From positions 8,018 to 72,017 of the forward strand of contig CANKCB010000005.1 in assembly GCA_947480335.1 (NCBI GenBank): 64,000 bases of DNA, given 5' to 3'. This stretch comes from Gammaproteobacteria bacterium (GTDB lineage Bacteria > Pseudomonadota > Gammaproteobacteria > Eutrophobiales > Eutrophobiaceae). A program made the position numbers and the translations under genes. This document shows, one piece after another, positions 22,701 through 34,279 of this stretch; positions within the stretch are counted from its first letter, which is position 1, and each line of letters opens with the position of its first letter. The notes beneath the pieces were generated by a model, which worked only from the letters and a program-made list of their open reading frames with translations, searched no databases and had not been told where the DNA came from.

Positions 22701-24593
22701 ATGAGTATGGAAAATAACAAGCAAACACTGGGATTCCAGACAGAAGTACAGCAGTTACTTAATCTGATGATACATTCCTTGTATAGCAACAAGGAAATCT
22801 TCCTGCGTGAGCTGATATCGAATGCGTCGGATGCGGCTGACAAGTTACGCTTTGAAGCTATAAAAAACGACAGTTTGCTGGAACAGGATCCGGATCTATC
22901 TATCCGGATAGAATTTAACCCTGATCAAAAAACCATTACCGTTACTGATAATGGTATCGGTATGTCCCGTGAGGAAGTCATCGATAATCTGGGTACCATT
23001 GCCAAATCCGGAACCCGGCAGTTTTTTGAGAAACTGACAGGTGATCAGGGTAAGGACAGTCAGTTGATAGGCCAGTTTGGGGTCGGTTTTTATTCATCCT
23101 TTATTGTGGCCAACAAGGTTGAGGTATTGACTCGACGTGCCGGACTGCCTGCCGCAGAAGGCGTCCGGTGGATATCTTCCGGAGAAAGTGACTATACCAT
23201 TGAGTATGTTGAACATGCGCAACGTGGTACCAGTGTGATCCTGCATTTGCGTGAGGAGTCCAGTGAGTTTCTGGATGATTACCGGTTGCGTTCAATAATC
23301 AAACGTTATTCAGACCATATCTCTTTGCCTATCGTGATGCCTGGCGAAGGCGAGGATAAGGGGGATGAAACTGTCAACAGTGCCAGAGCCTTGTGGACCA
23401 GAAACCGGAAAGAAGTCACCGAGCAGGAATACCATGAGTTTTACAAGCATGTGGCCCATGACTATGAGGATCCGCTGGCCTGGTTACATAACAAGGTAGA
23501 GGGCAAGCTCGAATATTCCAGTCTGTTGTTCATTCCGGCGCGAGCACCCTTTGATTTATGGGATCGTGACCAGCGTCACGGGGTCAAGCTGTATGTACGC
23601 CGCGTCTTTATCATGGATGATGCCGAACAGTTGCTGCCGTCCTGGTTACGCTTCGTGCGTGGCGTAGTGGATTGTGGCGATTTGCCTCTGAATATATCCC
23701 GAGAGATCCTGCAACAGAATAAAACCATTGATTCTATCCGTTCCGGACTGACCCGAAAGATAGTTGAGTTGCTGTCGGGTATTGCCAGCAAGGAACCAGA
23801 GAAATATGCCAAATTCTGGAAAGTATTTGGCAAGGTCATTAAGGAAGGCGTGATTGATGATCCGACAGACAAGGATAAACGCGAAGAGCTGGCCGGTTTG
23901 TTCCGGTTTAGTTCGACCCAGGCGGAAACAGAGGAGCAAACTGTTTCCTTGCAGGACTATCTGTCCAGAATGAAACCAGGACAACAGGATATTTATTATA
24001 TCACTGCCGAGAACCTGAACACGGCCAGGAACAGCCCGCATCTGGAGGTGTTCAGGGACAAGGGTATCGAAGTCCTGCTGCTGACTGATCCGATCGATGA
24101 ATGGGTCACAAGTCATCTGTCCGAATTTAATGGCAAATCGCTAAAATCGGTAATGAAAGGTGAGCTTGATCTGGGAGAAATTGAAGCAGATAAAAAGGAT
24201 GACAAGGATAAAAAAGACGCGACTCTGGATGACAAGTTTGTTACCCGGCTCAAGGAAACCCTCGGCGAACGGGTCAAGGAGGTGCGTGTAACCAATCGCC
24301 TTACTTCTTCGCCGGCCTGTCTGGTGGCCGCTGACCATGAAATCGGCAGGCACTTGCAACAAATACTGAAAGCTTCAGGTCAGACCATGCCGGAATACAG
24401 ACCAATTCTGGAAATTAATCCGGGGCATCCGTTGGTGAAAATGTTGCAGACTAAACTGGATGACAGCCGGTTCACAGACTGGTCACACATCCTGTTTGAT
24501 CAGGCCTTGTTGAGTGAAGGTGGCAAACTGGATGATCCGGCGGGATTTGTCAAACGACTGAATGCAATCTTTATGGAGCTTGGAGCCGCTTGA
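22701..24593 (+). CDS. htpG: Chaperone HtpG (Hsp90)
   Basis: [25 protein letters not shown] and [10 protein letters not shown] motifs. Confidence 0.97.
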   Translation: MSMENNKQTLGFQTEVQQLLNLMIHSLYSNKEIFLRELISNASDAADKLRFEAIKNDSLLEQDPDLSIRIEFNPDQKTITVTDNGIGMSREEVIDNLGTIAKSGTRQFFEKLTGDQGKDSQLIGQFGVGFYSSFIVANKVEVLTRRAGLPAAEGVRWISSGESDYTIEYVEHAQRGTSVILHLREESSEFLDDYRLRSIIKRYSDHISLPIVMPGEGEDKGDETVNSARALWTRNRKEVTEQEYHEFYKHVAHDYEDPLAWLHNKVEGKLEYSSLLFIPARAPFDLWDRDQRHGVKLYVRRVFIMDDAEQLLPSWLRFVRGVVDCGDLPLNISREILQQNKTIDSIRSGLTRKIVELLSGIASKEPEKYAKFWKVFGKVIKEGVIDDPTDKDKREELAGLFRFSSTQAETEEQTVSLQDYLSRMKPGQQDIYYITAENLNTARNSPHLEVFRDKGIEVLLLTDPIDEWVTSHLSEFNGKSLKSVMKGELDLGEIEADKKDDKDKKDATLDDKFVTRLKETLGERVKEVRVTNRLTSSPACLVAADHEIGRHLQQILKASGQTMPEYRPILEINPGHPLVKMLQTKLDDSRFTDWSHILFDQALLSEGGKLDDPAGFVKRLNAIFMELGAA

Positions 24594-24677
24594 GTTAAAA
24601 TTAATTTACTGTATTTCTGTTGCTCAAATCGACTAGAATTGACGCAAGTTTCATAGATAGACACTTGCCGATTTTCT

Positions 24678-26309
24678 ATGCCGATTACTAAAATTGATTT
24701 CTCCAAGCTGCTGAAAGAAATCACCGATATAGGCATAGCCTTGTCCGGTGAAAAAGATCATACCCGTCTACTGGAAATGATCTTGCTGAAAGCCCAGCAG
24801 TTTACCCGGGCTGACGGAGGCAGTTTGTATATCAAAACTGACGATAACAAGCTCAAGTTTGAAATCATCCTGAATGAATCACTGGGTATCCACATGGGCG
24901 GTACCAGTGGCAAGCCTATCGATTTTTACCCTGTGTCACTCTACGATGCAGAAGGCAAGCCGAATACCAATATGGTGGCGGCATGGGCCGCTGTCAGCCG
25001 TCGCACCATCAATATCGAGGATGCCTATACCAACAAGGAATTCGATTTTTCAGGGACCCGCAGTTTTGATCAGAAAACCGGATATCGCTCCCGTTCCTTT
25101 CTGACGGTGCCGATGACGAATCATGAAAATGAACTGATTGGTGTCTTGCAGTTACTGAACGCAATTGATGGTGAAACCGGTCAGGTCACCAGTTTTGATG
25201 AACTGGATCAGCAGTTGGTTGAGTCGCTGGCGTCACAGGCGGCGGTGACGATTACCAATCGCAATCTGATTGATGCCCAGAAAAAGCTGTTTGATGCCTT
25301 TATCCAGCTGATTGCCGGAGCCATCGACGAGAAATCACCCTATACAGGCGGACATTGTCGCCGGGTACCGGTTATCACTACCATGCTGGCCAATGCGGCC
25401 AGCAGTATTGAAATTGGCCCATTAAGGAATTTCAGTATGACCGAAGAGCAGAAGTATGAGCTTGAGGTAGCGGCCTGGTTGCATGATTGCGGCAAGATAA
25501 CGACACCTGAGTATGTGGTGGACAAGGGGACCAAACTGGAGACGATTTTTGATCGTATCCATCTGATTGATACCCGCTTTGAAATTGTACGGCGTGATGC
25601 CATCATCCGGGCGATACGCAATAAACTGCAACTGGACGGCATCCATCTCGAAACAGCGCTTGAACAGGATGAACAACTACAACAAGAGCTGGCTCAAATC
25701 GAGGCTGATCGGGAACATGTGCGTAAGTGCAATATCGGTGGTGAACAAATATCCGCTGAGCATATAGACAGAATCAATCTAATCGCTGGCAGGACCTGGC
25801 AGCATACTTCAGGCAAAAACGAGAAACTGTTGCAGGATGAGGAAGTGCATAATCTGCAGATTGGTCGTGGCACACTCACTGTGCGCGAACGGGAAATTAT
25901 CAACAATCATGTCAGCGTCACCATCAAGATGCTTGAATCCCTGCCTTATCCCAAACATCTGCAACGCGTGCCGGAGTACGCCGGTGGACACCATGAGCGT
26001 ATGGACGGTACCGGATACCCGCATGGTCTGACCAAGGAAGAGATGTCCATCCCTGCACGTATGGTCGCTATAGCAGATGTATTTGAAGCATTGACAGCAA
26101 GTGACCGACCCTACAAGAAAGCCATGGGACTGTCCCAGTCGCTGACGATACTGGGCAAGATGAAACTGGAAGGCCATGTGGATCCGGATTTGTTTGATGT
26201 GTTTATCCATAAACAGGTTTATCTCGATTACGCCAGACAATATCTGAATCCGGAACAAATCGATGTCGTCGATATCAAGTCGATACCGGGTTATCGGCCA
26301 TTAACATAG
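24678..26309 (+). CDS. GAF + HD-GYP cyclic dinucleotide phosphodiesterase
   Basis: GAF domain (FDQKTGYRSRS), then LHDCGK, HHERMDGTGYP and ADVFEALT. Confidence 0.9.
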   Translation: MPITKIDFSKLLKEITDIGIALSGEKDHTRLLEMILLKAQQFTRADGGSLYIKTDDNKLKFEIILNESLGIHMGGTSGKPIDFYPVSLYDAEGKPNTNMVAAWAAVSRRTINIEDAYTNKEFDFSGTRSFDQKTGYRSRSFLTVPMTNHENELIGVLQLLNAIDGETGQVTSFDELDQQLVESLASQAAVTITNRNLIDAQKKLFDAFIQLIAGAIDEKSPYTGGHCRRVPVITTMLANAASSIEIGPLRNFSMTEEQKYELEVAAWLHDCGKITTPEYVVDKGTKLETIFDRIHLIDTRFEIVRRDAIIRAIRNKLQLDGIHLETALEQDEQLQQELAQIEADREHVRKCNIGGEQISAEHIDRINLIAGRTWQHTSGKNEKLLQDEEVHNLQIGRGTLTVREREIINNHVSVTIKMLESLPYPKHLQRVPEYAGGHHERMDGTGYPHGLTKEEMSIPARMVAIADVFEALTASDRPYKKAMGLSQSLTILGKMKLEGHVDPDLFDVFIHKQVYLDYARQYLNPEQIDVVDIKSIPGYRPLT

Positions 26310-26390
26310 TCGACAATCGCGACAGATCAGTGAGTTCCTTGCTGGTCTGGTTCAAAGATAGCGCAAACAGAGTGAGTACAGACCGAGTAG

Positions 26391-27290
26391 ATGTCCACTT
26401 CCATCGATAAATCGCCAAGCCTGCGCAAACTGATAATGGATATTGCCCATTTTTTCCGGCAAGCCGATATCTATTACGGGCATGGCACAGACAGTCCGGA
26501 TAATGAAGCTTTTTATCTGGTGCTGGCCAGTCTGGATTTGCCATTTGAGCTGACGGATAAACAGTTGCAGCAAAAACTGGCGCCGGAAGAGACCATGATG
26601 ATCTGGAAGCTGGCGACGCGGCGTGTAGAGGAACGAATCCCTGTCGCCTATCTGGTCAACAAGGCCTGGTTTGCCGGACTGCCCTTTTATGTTAATGAAA
26701 AGGTGTTGATTCCACGTTCTCCGATTGCTGAATTGATTGAAGAAAGTTTTGCACCCTGGGTGAGTGAATCCCGGGTTAAACGGGTACTGGATATCGGTAC
26801 CGGCAGCGCCTGTATAGCCATTGCCTGCGCGGCAGCCTTTCCTGAGGCCATTATCGATGCCGTTGATATTGATCCGGCCGCACTCGATGTCGCAAGAATC
26901 AATGTTGAGGCCTACCAGCTTGCTGATCGGGTCAGGCTGATACAATCTGATCTCTATGAAGCACTTGCAGACAATAACTATGATTTAATCATTGCCAATC
27001 CGCCTTATGTCGATGCGGACGATATGCAGTCACTGCCGATGGAGTTTCGTCATGAGCCGGCGCTTGCGCTCGCGGCAGGTGTGGATGGTCTGGATATCGT
27101 CCGCAGAATCATCAGGGAGTCGGGCAGGCATATGAACCAGGATGCTGTATTAATCGTCGAAGTCGGTAACAGCCAGCAGGCGATGGAATCGGCCTTTCCT
27201 GAGTTGCCGCTGATCTGGCTCGATTTTGAACGCGGTGGTGACGGGGTGTTTTTGCTCCATGCGGAAGATTTGGCTGACAATGATAAGTAG
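26391..27290 (+). CDS. prmB: 50S ribosomal protein L3 N5-glutamine methyltransferase
   Basis: YGHGTD, LIPRSPIAELI, NPPY, HEP and VEVGNS; upstream of aroC. Confidence 0.95.
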   Translation: MSTSIDKSPSLRKLIMDIAHFFRQADIYYGHGTDSPDNEAFYLVLASLDLPFELTDKQLQQKLAPEETMMIWKLATRRVEERIPVAYLVNKAWFAGLPFYVNEKVLIPRSPIAELIEESFAPWVSESRVKRVLDIGTGSACIAIACAAAFPEAIIDAVDIDPAALDVARINVEAYQLADRVRLIQSDLYEALADNNYDLIIANPPYVDADDMQSLPMEFRHEPALALAAGVDGLDIVRRIIRESGRHMNQDAVLIVEVGNSQQAMESAFPELPLIWLDFERGGDGVFLLHAEDLADNDK

Positions 27291-27367
27291 AATTGAGTGT
27301 TAACTGGAAAACAGGATGACCTGGTTCAATGCTTGTATTTCTGTATGCATCTGCGCGACACATTAAG

Positions 27368-27392
27368 TCACCTTTCACCCCTCACGCCTCAC
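27368..27392. repeat. Short reverse-oriented heptamer tract (CCCTCAC/GCCTCAC)
   Basis: TCACCTTTCACCCCTCACGCCTCAC is the complement of the GTGAGGN family. Confidence 0.55.
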
Positions 27393-27418
27393 ACATATAT
27401 CTGCTAGAATATTGAGCC

Positions 27419-28519
27419 ATGTCAGGCAATACTTTTGGAAAATTATTTACAGTCACAACCTGTGGTGAAAGCCACGGTTTGTCCTATCTTTGTATCGTCG
27501 ATGGTTGTCCTCCCGGAATCGAATTGACCGAGGCAGATATCCAGCAGGATCTGGATCGTCGTAAACCAGGAAAATCACGTCACGTAACCCAGCGCCAGGA
27601 ATCAGATACGGTACGTATCGTTTCCGGCGTATTTGAAGGTAAAACTACCGGAACCCCGATTGGTCTGGTCATCGACAATGAGGATCAGCGTTCGAAAGAC
27701 TATGCAAAGATCAAGGACAGATTTCGTCCTGGTCATGCGGACTACACTTATCTGCAAAAATATGGCATTCATGACTATCGTGGTGGTGGGCGTGCTTCGG
27801 CCCGTGAAACCTGTATGCGGGTAGCGGCTGGCGCCATTGCCAAAAAATACCTGAAAGAAAAAGCCGGGATCGTGGTAAAGGGTTATCTGGCTCAAATCGG
27901 TCCGTTGCATATTGAAATCAAGGACTGGTCAGAGGTGGAAAACAATCCGTTTTTCTGTCCTGATCCGGCACGGGTTGAGGAACTGGAAGCCTATATGGAT
28001 GCGTTGCGCAAGGAAGGTAATTCCATTGGTGCACGTATCAATGTGATCGCAGAAAATATTCCGGTTGGACTGGGTGAGCCGATTTTTGATCGGTTGGATG
28101 CGGATATTGCCAAAGCCTTGATGAGTATCAATGCGGTCAAGGGTGTCGAGATTGGTGCAGGCTTTGCTGCAATTGAACAGAAAGGTACAGTGCATCGTGA
28201 TGAAATGACCCCGCAAGGATTTCTGGGTAATAATTCTGGTGGCATACTCGGTGGCATTTCCAGCGGTCAGGATATTGTGGCCAGTATTGCGCTGAAGCCG
28301 ACTTCCAGTATTCGTCTGCCCGGACAGACAGTTGATATACATGGTGAGGCAGTTGAGGTGGTTACCACTGGACGGCATGATCCCTGTGTCGGAATCCGGG
28401 CTGTGCCCATTGCTGAAGCGATGCTGGCACTGGTCTTGATGGATCACTATTTACGCCATCGCGCACAGAACGCGGATGTTATTCCGCCGGTGCCGGTAGT
28501 ACCCCGCCGTATTGATTAA
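27419..28519 (+). CDS. aroC: Chorismate synthase
   Basis: GESHG, RPGHAD, RASARET and GRHDPCV motifs. Confidence 0.97.
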   Translation: MSGNTFGKLFTVTTCGESHGLSYLCIVDGCPPGIELTEADIQQDLDRRKPGKSRHVTQRQESDTVRIVSGVFEGKTTGTPIGLVIDNEDQRSKDYAKIKDRFRPGHADYTYLQKYGIHDYRGGGRASARETCMRVAAGAIAKKYLKEKAGIVVKGYLAQIGPLHIEIKDWSEVENNPFFCPDPARVEELEAYMDALRKEGNSIGARINVIAENIPVGLGEPIFDRLDADIAKALMSINAVKGVEIGAGFAAIEQKGTVHRDEMTPQGFLGNNSGGILGGISSGQDIVASIALKPTSSIRLPGQTVDIHGEAVEVVTTGRHDPCVGIRAVPIAEAMLALVLMDHYLRHRAQNADVIPPVPVVPRRID

Positions 28520-28526
28520 CCGGGTG

Positions 28527-28904
28527 TCAGGTGGGTTTCGTCCCTGATTCGGGTAATTGAACTCGCAATAACAGCCCAGCCAGTAAATATCCCAGGTTGC
28601 TCAGACCGACCCAGCGTATCCAGTAAGGTACACCAATCAAATACAGTCCCACTGGCAAAAAAGCGACCACAAACAGGACCAGCAGCATGGTACTGTTTGC
28701 CTTGATTGAGGCAATTACTACCACCGCACCGATAAGCAGCATCAACAATACCACAGCAAAACTGGCTGTAGATAATGTAAATCCGGCAGCTGGGTCCCAG
28801 ATGGCGGCCGTCCATAACAGGCAGGAAACAATACCGGAGATCATGCCGATGATACGACCTGAGGTATGCAGCAATTTGATAGTCTGTTCCGGTAAATGGC
28901 TCAT
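28527..28904 (-). CDS. Hypothetical 4-TM membrane protein
   Basis: Hydrophobic ORF filling the aroC-mgtE gap; start placed at MSHLPEQ. Confidence 0.7.
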   Translation of the reverse strand: MSHLPEQTIKLLHTSGRIIGMISGIVSCLLWTAAIWDPAAGFTLSTASFAVVLLMLLIGAVVVIASIKANSTMLLVLFVVAFLPVGLYLIGVPYWIRWVGLSNLGYLLAGLLLRVQLPESGTKPT

Positions 28905-29080
28905 GTAACAGAGTATAGCAACCACTTGCCCGTGACGGCTATCCGGAAACTGTGTCTACAGGTAACCTTACAGATAGGGAGTGTCACCCGGCTGCCAGCA
29001 ATAGTAGAATGTCCCGCAATAACTGATGCGCAGGCATCAGCCCGTCATGTCCGACCCGGAACAGGCCAGGAGAGTAAACT

Positions 29081-30529
29081 ATGGACATTGCCAGCAAACA
29101 ATTGCAACACCAGGAAACCCTGGAAACCACGGCGCATGAGATCGCGGCGCTACTTGGCAAACAACAACTCATCCAGGACCTGTCACGTCGGCAATCCTCC
29201 AGTCCAAAACAGGAAGTACTCGATACCCTGTTGACTCGACAGCATGATGCTGAACTGAAAGCCCGATTGCACAAATTACATCCGGCTGACATAGCCTACG
29301 TACTTGAAAGCTTACCACCGGAAGAGCGTGATCGTTTATGGAACCTGATAGATAACCGAGAACGTGGGGCTGTCATTATGGAACTTGCAGACAGTGTACG
29401 CAGTTCGTTGCTGGATGCGATGGATGCCAGTCAGATTGTGCAGATTGCTGAAACTCTGGATGCGGCGCAGGTTCCCGAATTTCTTTCAACCCTTTCCGAT
29501 GAAGTAGCAGACATTATCACATCCGGGTTGAAGCAGGATCGGGTGGCGGATATCCATAGCACATCAGGTTTTCCGGAAGACAGCGTGGGTTCGTTGATGG
29601 ATCAGAATATGATTCGTATCCGCGAGGATATGAGTCTTGCCAGCGTGATGCTGCTGTTAAGGGAAAAACAGGATTTGTATCAGAGCTTTGATCAGGTATA
29701 TGTGGTGGGTGAAAATAATGTGTATAAAGGATGTGTCGATCTGAAGCATCTGTTATTCAATCCTCCTGAAACCAGTATTCGGGAAATTGTGGAGCAGGAT
29801 CGGCTGGCATTCTTTACCAACGATCCAGCCGTCAATGCCGTCAGTGCGTTTGAACGCTATGACATGTTGGCTGCACCGGTGCTGAATATCCATAATCAGG
29901 TGGTGGGTAATATCTCGGTCAACAGTGTTATGGACTTTATGGATGAGTCGCGTGAAATCCAGCAGTTGAAGTCGGTTGGTTTGAGTGAAGAAGAAGAAAT
30001 ATTTACACCGGTCTGGAAAAGTGCCAGAAATCGCTGGGTCTGGTTGGGACTGAATCTGCTGACTGCATTTTTTGCTTCCCGCGTTATCGGTGCTTTCGAA
30101 GGCACTATCAGCCAGCTGGTAGCTCTGGCGACACTGATGCCGATTGTTGCCAGTGTGGGTGGTAATACCGGTAACCAGACGGTCGCCATCATGATTCGCG
30201 GTTTGACCCTGAAACAAATTAACCGGGACAATGTTGTCCGGTTTTTTATCAAGGAAGCCAATGTGGGTATGGTAAATGGACTGCTCTGGGGAATTGCAGT
30301 GGCGATCTTTGCCTATATGTTTTACGGCAGCTATGCGCTGTCACTGGTGTTGTTGATGGCAATGGTGGCCTGTTTGTTGATATCAGCTGCCGCAGGTGTT
30401 TTCATTCCATACTTATTGAGTCGCTACGGCAGGGATCCGATTATGGGTAGCAGTGTGTTGTTGACGGCTGTTACAGACAGTATGGGCTTCTTTATCTTTT
30501 TGGGGCTGGCGAGCTTGTATCTTATCTAG
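29081..30529 (+). CDS. mgtE: Magnesium transporter MgtE
   Basis: LHPADIA N-domain, CBS pair, GGNTGNQT and a TDSMGF motif carrying the selectivity Asp. Confidence 0.93.
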   Translation: MDIASKQLQHQETLETTAHEIAALLGKQQLIQDLSRRQSSSPKQEVLDTLLTRQHDAELKARLHKLHPADIAYVLESLPPEERDRLWNLIDNRERGAVIMELADSVRSSLLDAMDASQIVQIAETLDAAQVPEFLSTLSDEVADIITSGLKQDRVADIHSTSGFPEDSVGSLMDQNMIRIREDMSLASVMLLLREKQDLYQSFDQVYVVGENNVYKGCVDLKHLLFNPPETSIREIVEQDRLAFFTNDPAVNAVSAFERYDMLAAPVLNIHNQVVGNISVNSVMDFMDESREIQQLKSVGLSEEEEIFTPVWKSARNRWVWLGLNLLTAFFASRVIGAFEGTISQLVALATLMPIVASVGGNTGNQTVAIMIRGLTLKQINRDNVVRFFIKEANVGMVNGLLWGIAVAIFAYMFYGSYALSLVLLMAMVACLLISAAAGVFIPYLLSRYGRDPIMGSSVLLTAVTDSMGFFIFLGLASLYLI

Positions 30530-31247
30530 ATCTGCGCTGGACAGACACGGGACGCAGCTTGTCATTTATACAGGATTCAATCCTGTCAGCGACATCCTCA
30601 ACTGAATCAGAAATAAGATCCGGCGGTACGTCACCTTGTTTGATGAGACGTTCACGGTTATCAAAACCGTAACTGGCCATGATTATATTGTCGTAACCGG
30701 TATCACTGGCGGCACGATAATCCCCAATTTCATCAGCCCCAAACAGCGTGGTCTGATAGCGATTTGAATTCATGCCTTCCAGCACTTCATGTTTTTTACC
30801 GCCAACCGGGATCGGAATAACAAAGTCGAGATCCTTTTCATTTACATTACTGTTTCGCAACACTCGTCGGATGGTAATACCCGGGTTGTGAGTGAAATTA
30901 CGACTGATAATGCCGACATGACAATTGGGTTTTTCAATCAGCCTGTTGAGCAACGCCGTAAATTGGGGGTAGATTTTGCCTTCATCCATGTAGATATCAG
31001 TCAGCTTTTTTCTTATTTTCTGTTTTTTGGGTAACGTGTACGACACCAGATTGCCAAGAAATTCCTTGCCACCGCCCATATATTTCAGGAATTTACGACG
31101 GTGACGGAATCGTTCCACATCACCAAGATCCAGCCCGAATTCGATAAAGGTGGTTTTCATCAACTGGTATGAATCAACCAGAAATCCGTCAAAGTCCAGA
31201 ACAGTCAGAATCCGTTTTTGTCCAGACAGGGCAATTTGTTTACGCAT
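30522..31247 (-). CDS. HAD-superfamily hydrolase
   Basis: Motif I DFDGFLVDS and a degenerate motif IV ADEIGD. Confidence 0.75.
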   Translation of the reverse strand: MRKQIALSGQKRILTVLDFDGFLVDSYQLMKTTFIEFGLDLGDVERFRHRRKFLKYMGGGKEFLGNLVSYTLPKKQKIRKKLTDIYMDEGKIYPQFTALLNRLIEKPNCHVGIISRNFTHNPGITIRRVLRNSNVNEKDLDFVIPIPVGGKKHEVLEGMNSNRYQTTLFGADEIGDYRAASDTGYDNIIMASYGFDNRERLIKQGDVPPDLISDSVEDVADRIESCINDKLRPVSVQRRSR

Positions 31248-31252
31248 CGGAA

Positions 31253-32416
31253 TCAGTGCCTGCTGGCCTGGCGGATAGTATCCGCATAAAAATTAACAGC
31301 TTTTTCTGCAAAGGCTCGTGCTGACCAACTGGTCGAATATGCATACGCTTCAGCTGAAACCCGCGCATGAAATTCATTATCCTGTAACAGGCTTCTTACC
31401 TTGCCAGCAAATTCGTGTTTATCCTCGCGTGATATCAGTGCACCCTTGTTGGCGCGCAAGATATCACGTGTCCCAAGTTCGGCGATGGAAACGACCGGTA
31501 TGGCCTGAGCCATTGCTTCCAGCAATACCAGTCCCTGGGTTTCAGTACGGGAACCGAATACAAATACATTACCGGCTCGATAGCAATCCAGCAGTTCAGT
31601 GGATCGTTCCAGATAGCCTACAAACAATACATGGTGGATCAGATTAAGTCTGGTAACCAGTTGCCGCAAATGATTTTCTGCAGGACCCTCACCGGCAATG
31701 ATTAACAACACATCCGGTATGCTATGCCGCAATACATCCAGCATGTGCAACAGGAAGTCGATATTCTTTTCATGCGCAACCCGACCAATGTGTACCAGTA
31801 CCGGACGAGCTGGGTCAATATTGTGTTTTTGACGAAAAGATTTGCCATTCCCTGGTGTGAACAGCTGCTGGTCGATACCCGTGGCAATAACTTCAACTGG
31901 TCGTTTGATTCCGTAATTCTGTAATATCTCCAGCATGGCCAGTGATGGCACTATCACGGCATCGACATCATTACATTGGAGTCGATTGATTAAGCGTGAT
32001 CCGTGCCGCAGGATTGAACGAGGTACCCAGGGCAGATAATGATGGAAGTATTCTTCAAAATGCGTGTGGTAGGTAACAACCCTGGGCAACTTAAGCGCCT
32101 TGGACAAGGCTATACCGGCATAATGAGCCATGAACGGCGTCTGGATATGCAGTAAATCAAACTTGCGATCGGACAGAACAGAAGTCAGTGTCGAAATAAA
32201 TTTATATTTCATAATTCTGTCTTCCGGATCCAGAGGAACTGTCCACGCTGGAATCCGGATTATCCAGTCTTCCTGACAATCATTGTTCAGGTATTGCGGT
32301 GCGATCAGGGTGATCTGGTGACCGAGATTAATGAGTTCGTTACGAAAAGTTCTGATGGAGGTAGATACGCCGTTTATGCGGGGAAAGTACACATCCGATA
32401 TCATCAAGATATGCAT
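31253..32416 (-). CDS. GT4 glycosyltransferase (diacylglycerol glycosyltransferase-like)
   Basis: ISDVYFPRINGVSTSI, HIQTPF, GRVAHEKN and ETQGLVLLEAMA motifs. Confidence 0.88.
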   Translation of the reverse strand: MHILMISDVYFPRINGVSTSIRTFRNELINLGHQITLIAPQYLNNDCQEDWIIRIPAWTVPLDPEDRIMKYKFISTLTSVLSDRKFDLLHIQTPFMAHYAGIALSKALKLPRVVTYHTHFEEYFHHYLPWVPRSILRHGSRLINRLQCNDVDAVIVPSLAMLEILQNYGIKRPVEVIATGIDQQLFTPGNGKSFRQKHNIDPARPVLVHIGRVAHEKNIDFLLHMLDVLRHSIPDVLLIIAGEGPAENHLRQLVTRLNLIHHVLFVGYLERSTELLDCYRAGNVFVFGSRTETQGLVLLEAMAQAIPVVSIAELGTRDILRANKGALISREDKHEFAGKVRSLLQDNEFHARVSAEAYAYSTSWSARAFAEKAVNFYADTIRQASRH

Positions 32417-32474
32417 GATAATTGACCTTTCAACTCGTGCGCCTGCATAGTGGCGCTGACTGTGCATTTTTAAT

Positions 32475-32501
32475 ATGACAGCTTGATGAAAGATTATGAC
32501 G
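32475..32501 (-). promoter_or_regulatory. Putative Pho box (PhoB/OmpR-type direct repeats)
   Basis: Minus strand CGTCATAATCTTTCATCAAGCTGTCAT: CTTTCAT-N4-CTGTCAT with 11-bp period plus a third GTCAT, about 60 bp upstream of the GT4 start. Confidence 0.6.
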
Positions 32502-32579
32502 GTTCAGTTCAGACTAGGTACTCTGAACTGACGCAAGATTCAAATGTAGATCCTGGTCAGTTGAAAGGGGTGACGTCGA

Positions 32580-34076
32580 TTATGCCGACAGGAGTTTTTT
32601 CAGATCAGGTTTGGTTACTTTGCCCATCGCGTTGCGTGGCAGTGTTTCCCGTATCACCATTCGTTTCGGGATTTTGTAAGGTGACATTCTGGTTTCGCAC
32701 CAGACTTTCAAACCTTCATACTCCAGATTGTCGCCAGATTTTAATACTATAAAAGCGGTGACTGCTTCACCCCAGGTATCGTCTTCCACTCCGACAACAG
32801 CACATTCGGCAATTGCATCATGCGTCAATAGTGTGCCTTCGATTTCCAGTGCAGACAGTTTGTAACCACCCGACTTGATGATGTCTACGGATGAACGACC
32901 CATGATGCGGTAATAACCGGACTCGAGTACCGCCACATCGCCAGTGCAGAACCAGCCCTCGTGGAAACTGTTTGTTGTCGCCTCCTGGTTTTGCCAGTAT
33001 TCAATAAAGACATTGTCACCCTGGATGCGGATTTCTCCCGGTGTATCCTCTCGGGTGATTTGACGGTGATCCTCATCAAACAGGGCAACACGGACACCCG
33101 GTAACGGTATGCCAACCGCCCCCGCACGTCGTTCACCGTTATACGGATTGGCAATCGCCATGCCGATTTCAGTCATACCATAACGCTCCAGCAGCGTTTG
33201 TCCGGTCAGGTCCAGCCAGTCGTTATACACCTTCACCGGGCAGGCGGCCGAGCCGGAGACATTCAGTCGCATCGCAGCAAAGCCGGAGCAAATCAATTCG
33301 CGTTGTTCTGCATCGAGCGTATCCAGATACATGATGATTTTGACATAGATAGTTGGTACCGCCATGAAGACACTGTAGCGATGTTGACTGATCTGTTGCA
33401 GGAGGGGTTCCATGTCGAATTTTGGAAACAGGGTGATGGTCGCCCCTGCCCATAGTCCACAACAGAGTACATTGATAATTCCATGGATATGGTGTAATGG
33501 CAGGAACAGGGGAATAGTATCGTCCGCTTCCCAGGCCCAGGCTGCGGTCAGCGTGCGTACTTGAGCGCGTATCGTTTTATGTGCACTAACGACACCTTTC
33601 GGTTTGCTGGTAGTGCCACTGGTAAACAAAATCATGGCACGCCTATCCGGCTGTGGCAGCGGAGGTAGCTGCAGTGCCGCCGGCTGAGGTTGTTCCAGTG
33701 TCAGAATCTCAATCTGGAGCGAGGTGCAAAGATCGACCAGTCTTGGCAGGTATTCTTTTACGGTCAACAAGCGGGTTACCCCCGCCGTGGCGAGCGCGTG
33801 TTCAAGTTCTGGCAAGGCTGCACTTACGTTCAGTGGCACGGCTATCCCGCCGGCACGCCAGATGGCGAAAAGGGCTGTTACATAATGCAGGCTGGCCGGG
33901 ACAAAAAAAGCAATGCGTTCCTCGTTTAAATCTGCCCTGTTAATTAACAAACTGCTGACCAGTTCTTCTATACACCGATTCAGCGTGGCATAACTGATGG
34001 ATATGCTGCCGTCAATCAGCGCTGTTTTGTTGTTGTTATTATTTAGATGAGGGAACCACATCGTATTGTCAGTCAT
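32580..34076 (-). CDS. Acyl-CoA synthetase, MatB/ACSF3 (malonyl-CoA synthetase)-like
   Basis: FTSGTTSKPKG, ERYGMTE, TGD and LPRNAMGKV motifs. Confidence 0.88.
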   Translation of the reverse strand: MTDNTMWFPHLNNNNNKTALIDGSISISYATLNRCIEELVSSLLINRADLNEERIAFFVPASLHYVTALFAIWRAGGIAVPLNVSAALPELEHALATAGVTRLLTVKEYLPRLVDLCTSLQIEILTLEQPQPAALQLPPLPQPDRRAMILFTSGTTSKPKGVVSAHKTIRAQVRTLTAAWAWEADDTIPLFLPLHHIHGIINVLCCGLWAGATITLFPKFDMEPLLQQISQHRYSVFMAVPTIYVKIIMYLDTLDAEQRELICSGFAAMRLNVSGSAACPVKVYNDWLDLTGQTLLERYGMTEIGMAIANPYNGERRAGAVGIPLPGVRVALFDEDHRQITREDTPGEIRIQGDNVFIEYWQNQEATTNSFHEGWFCTGDVAVLESGYYRIMGRSSVDIIKSGGYKLSALEIEGTLLTHDAIAECAVVGVEDDTWGEAVTAFIVLKSGDNLEYEGLKVWCETRMSPYKIPKRMVIRETLPRNAMGKVTKPDLKKLLSA

Positions 34077-34221
34077 AATTTAAATTGTCTATCCAGAATC
34101 GTTATCCAGGCAACTGACAGTATAGTCGTGTCAGTGCTGCAATAATACCGGTCAGTGTAACCTGAAGCATCCTCGTTGAAGTGGATAAATTGTGATTGCA
34201 GGATTCTGTACAGCTCACTAT

Positions 34222-34279
34222 TCTTGAACAGGGAGAAATCTGTAAACCGGTCTTGAACAGGGAGAAATCTGTAAACCGG
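34222..34279 (+). repeat. Perfect 29-bp tandem duplication
   Basis: TCTTGAACAGGGAGAAATCTGTAAACCGG occurs twice (34222-34250, 34251-34279). Confidence 0.95.

Noticed and set aside
28930..29080. Possible Mg2+ riboswitch in the mgtE leader
   Set aside because: I could not match M-box or yybP-ykoY conserved segments by eye; an Infernal/Rfam scan would be needed.
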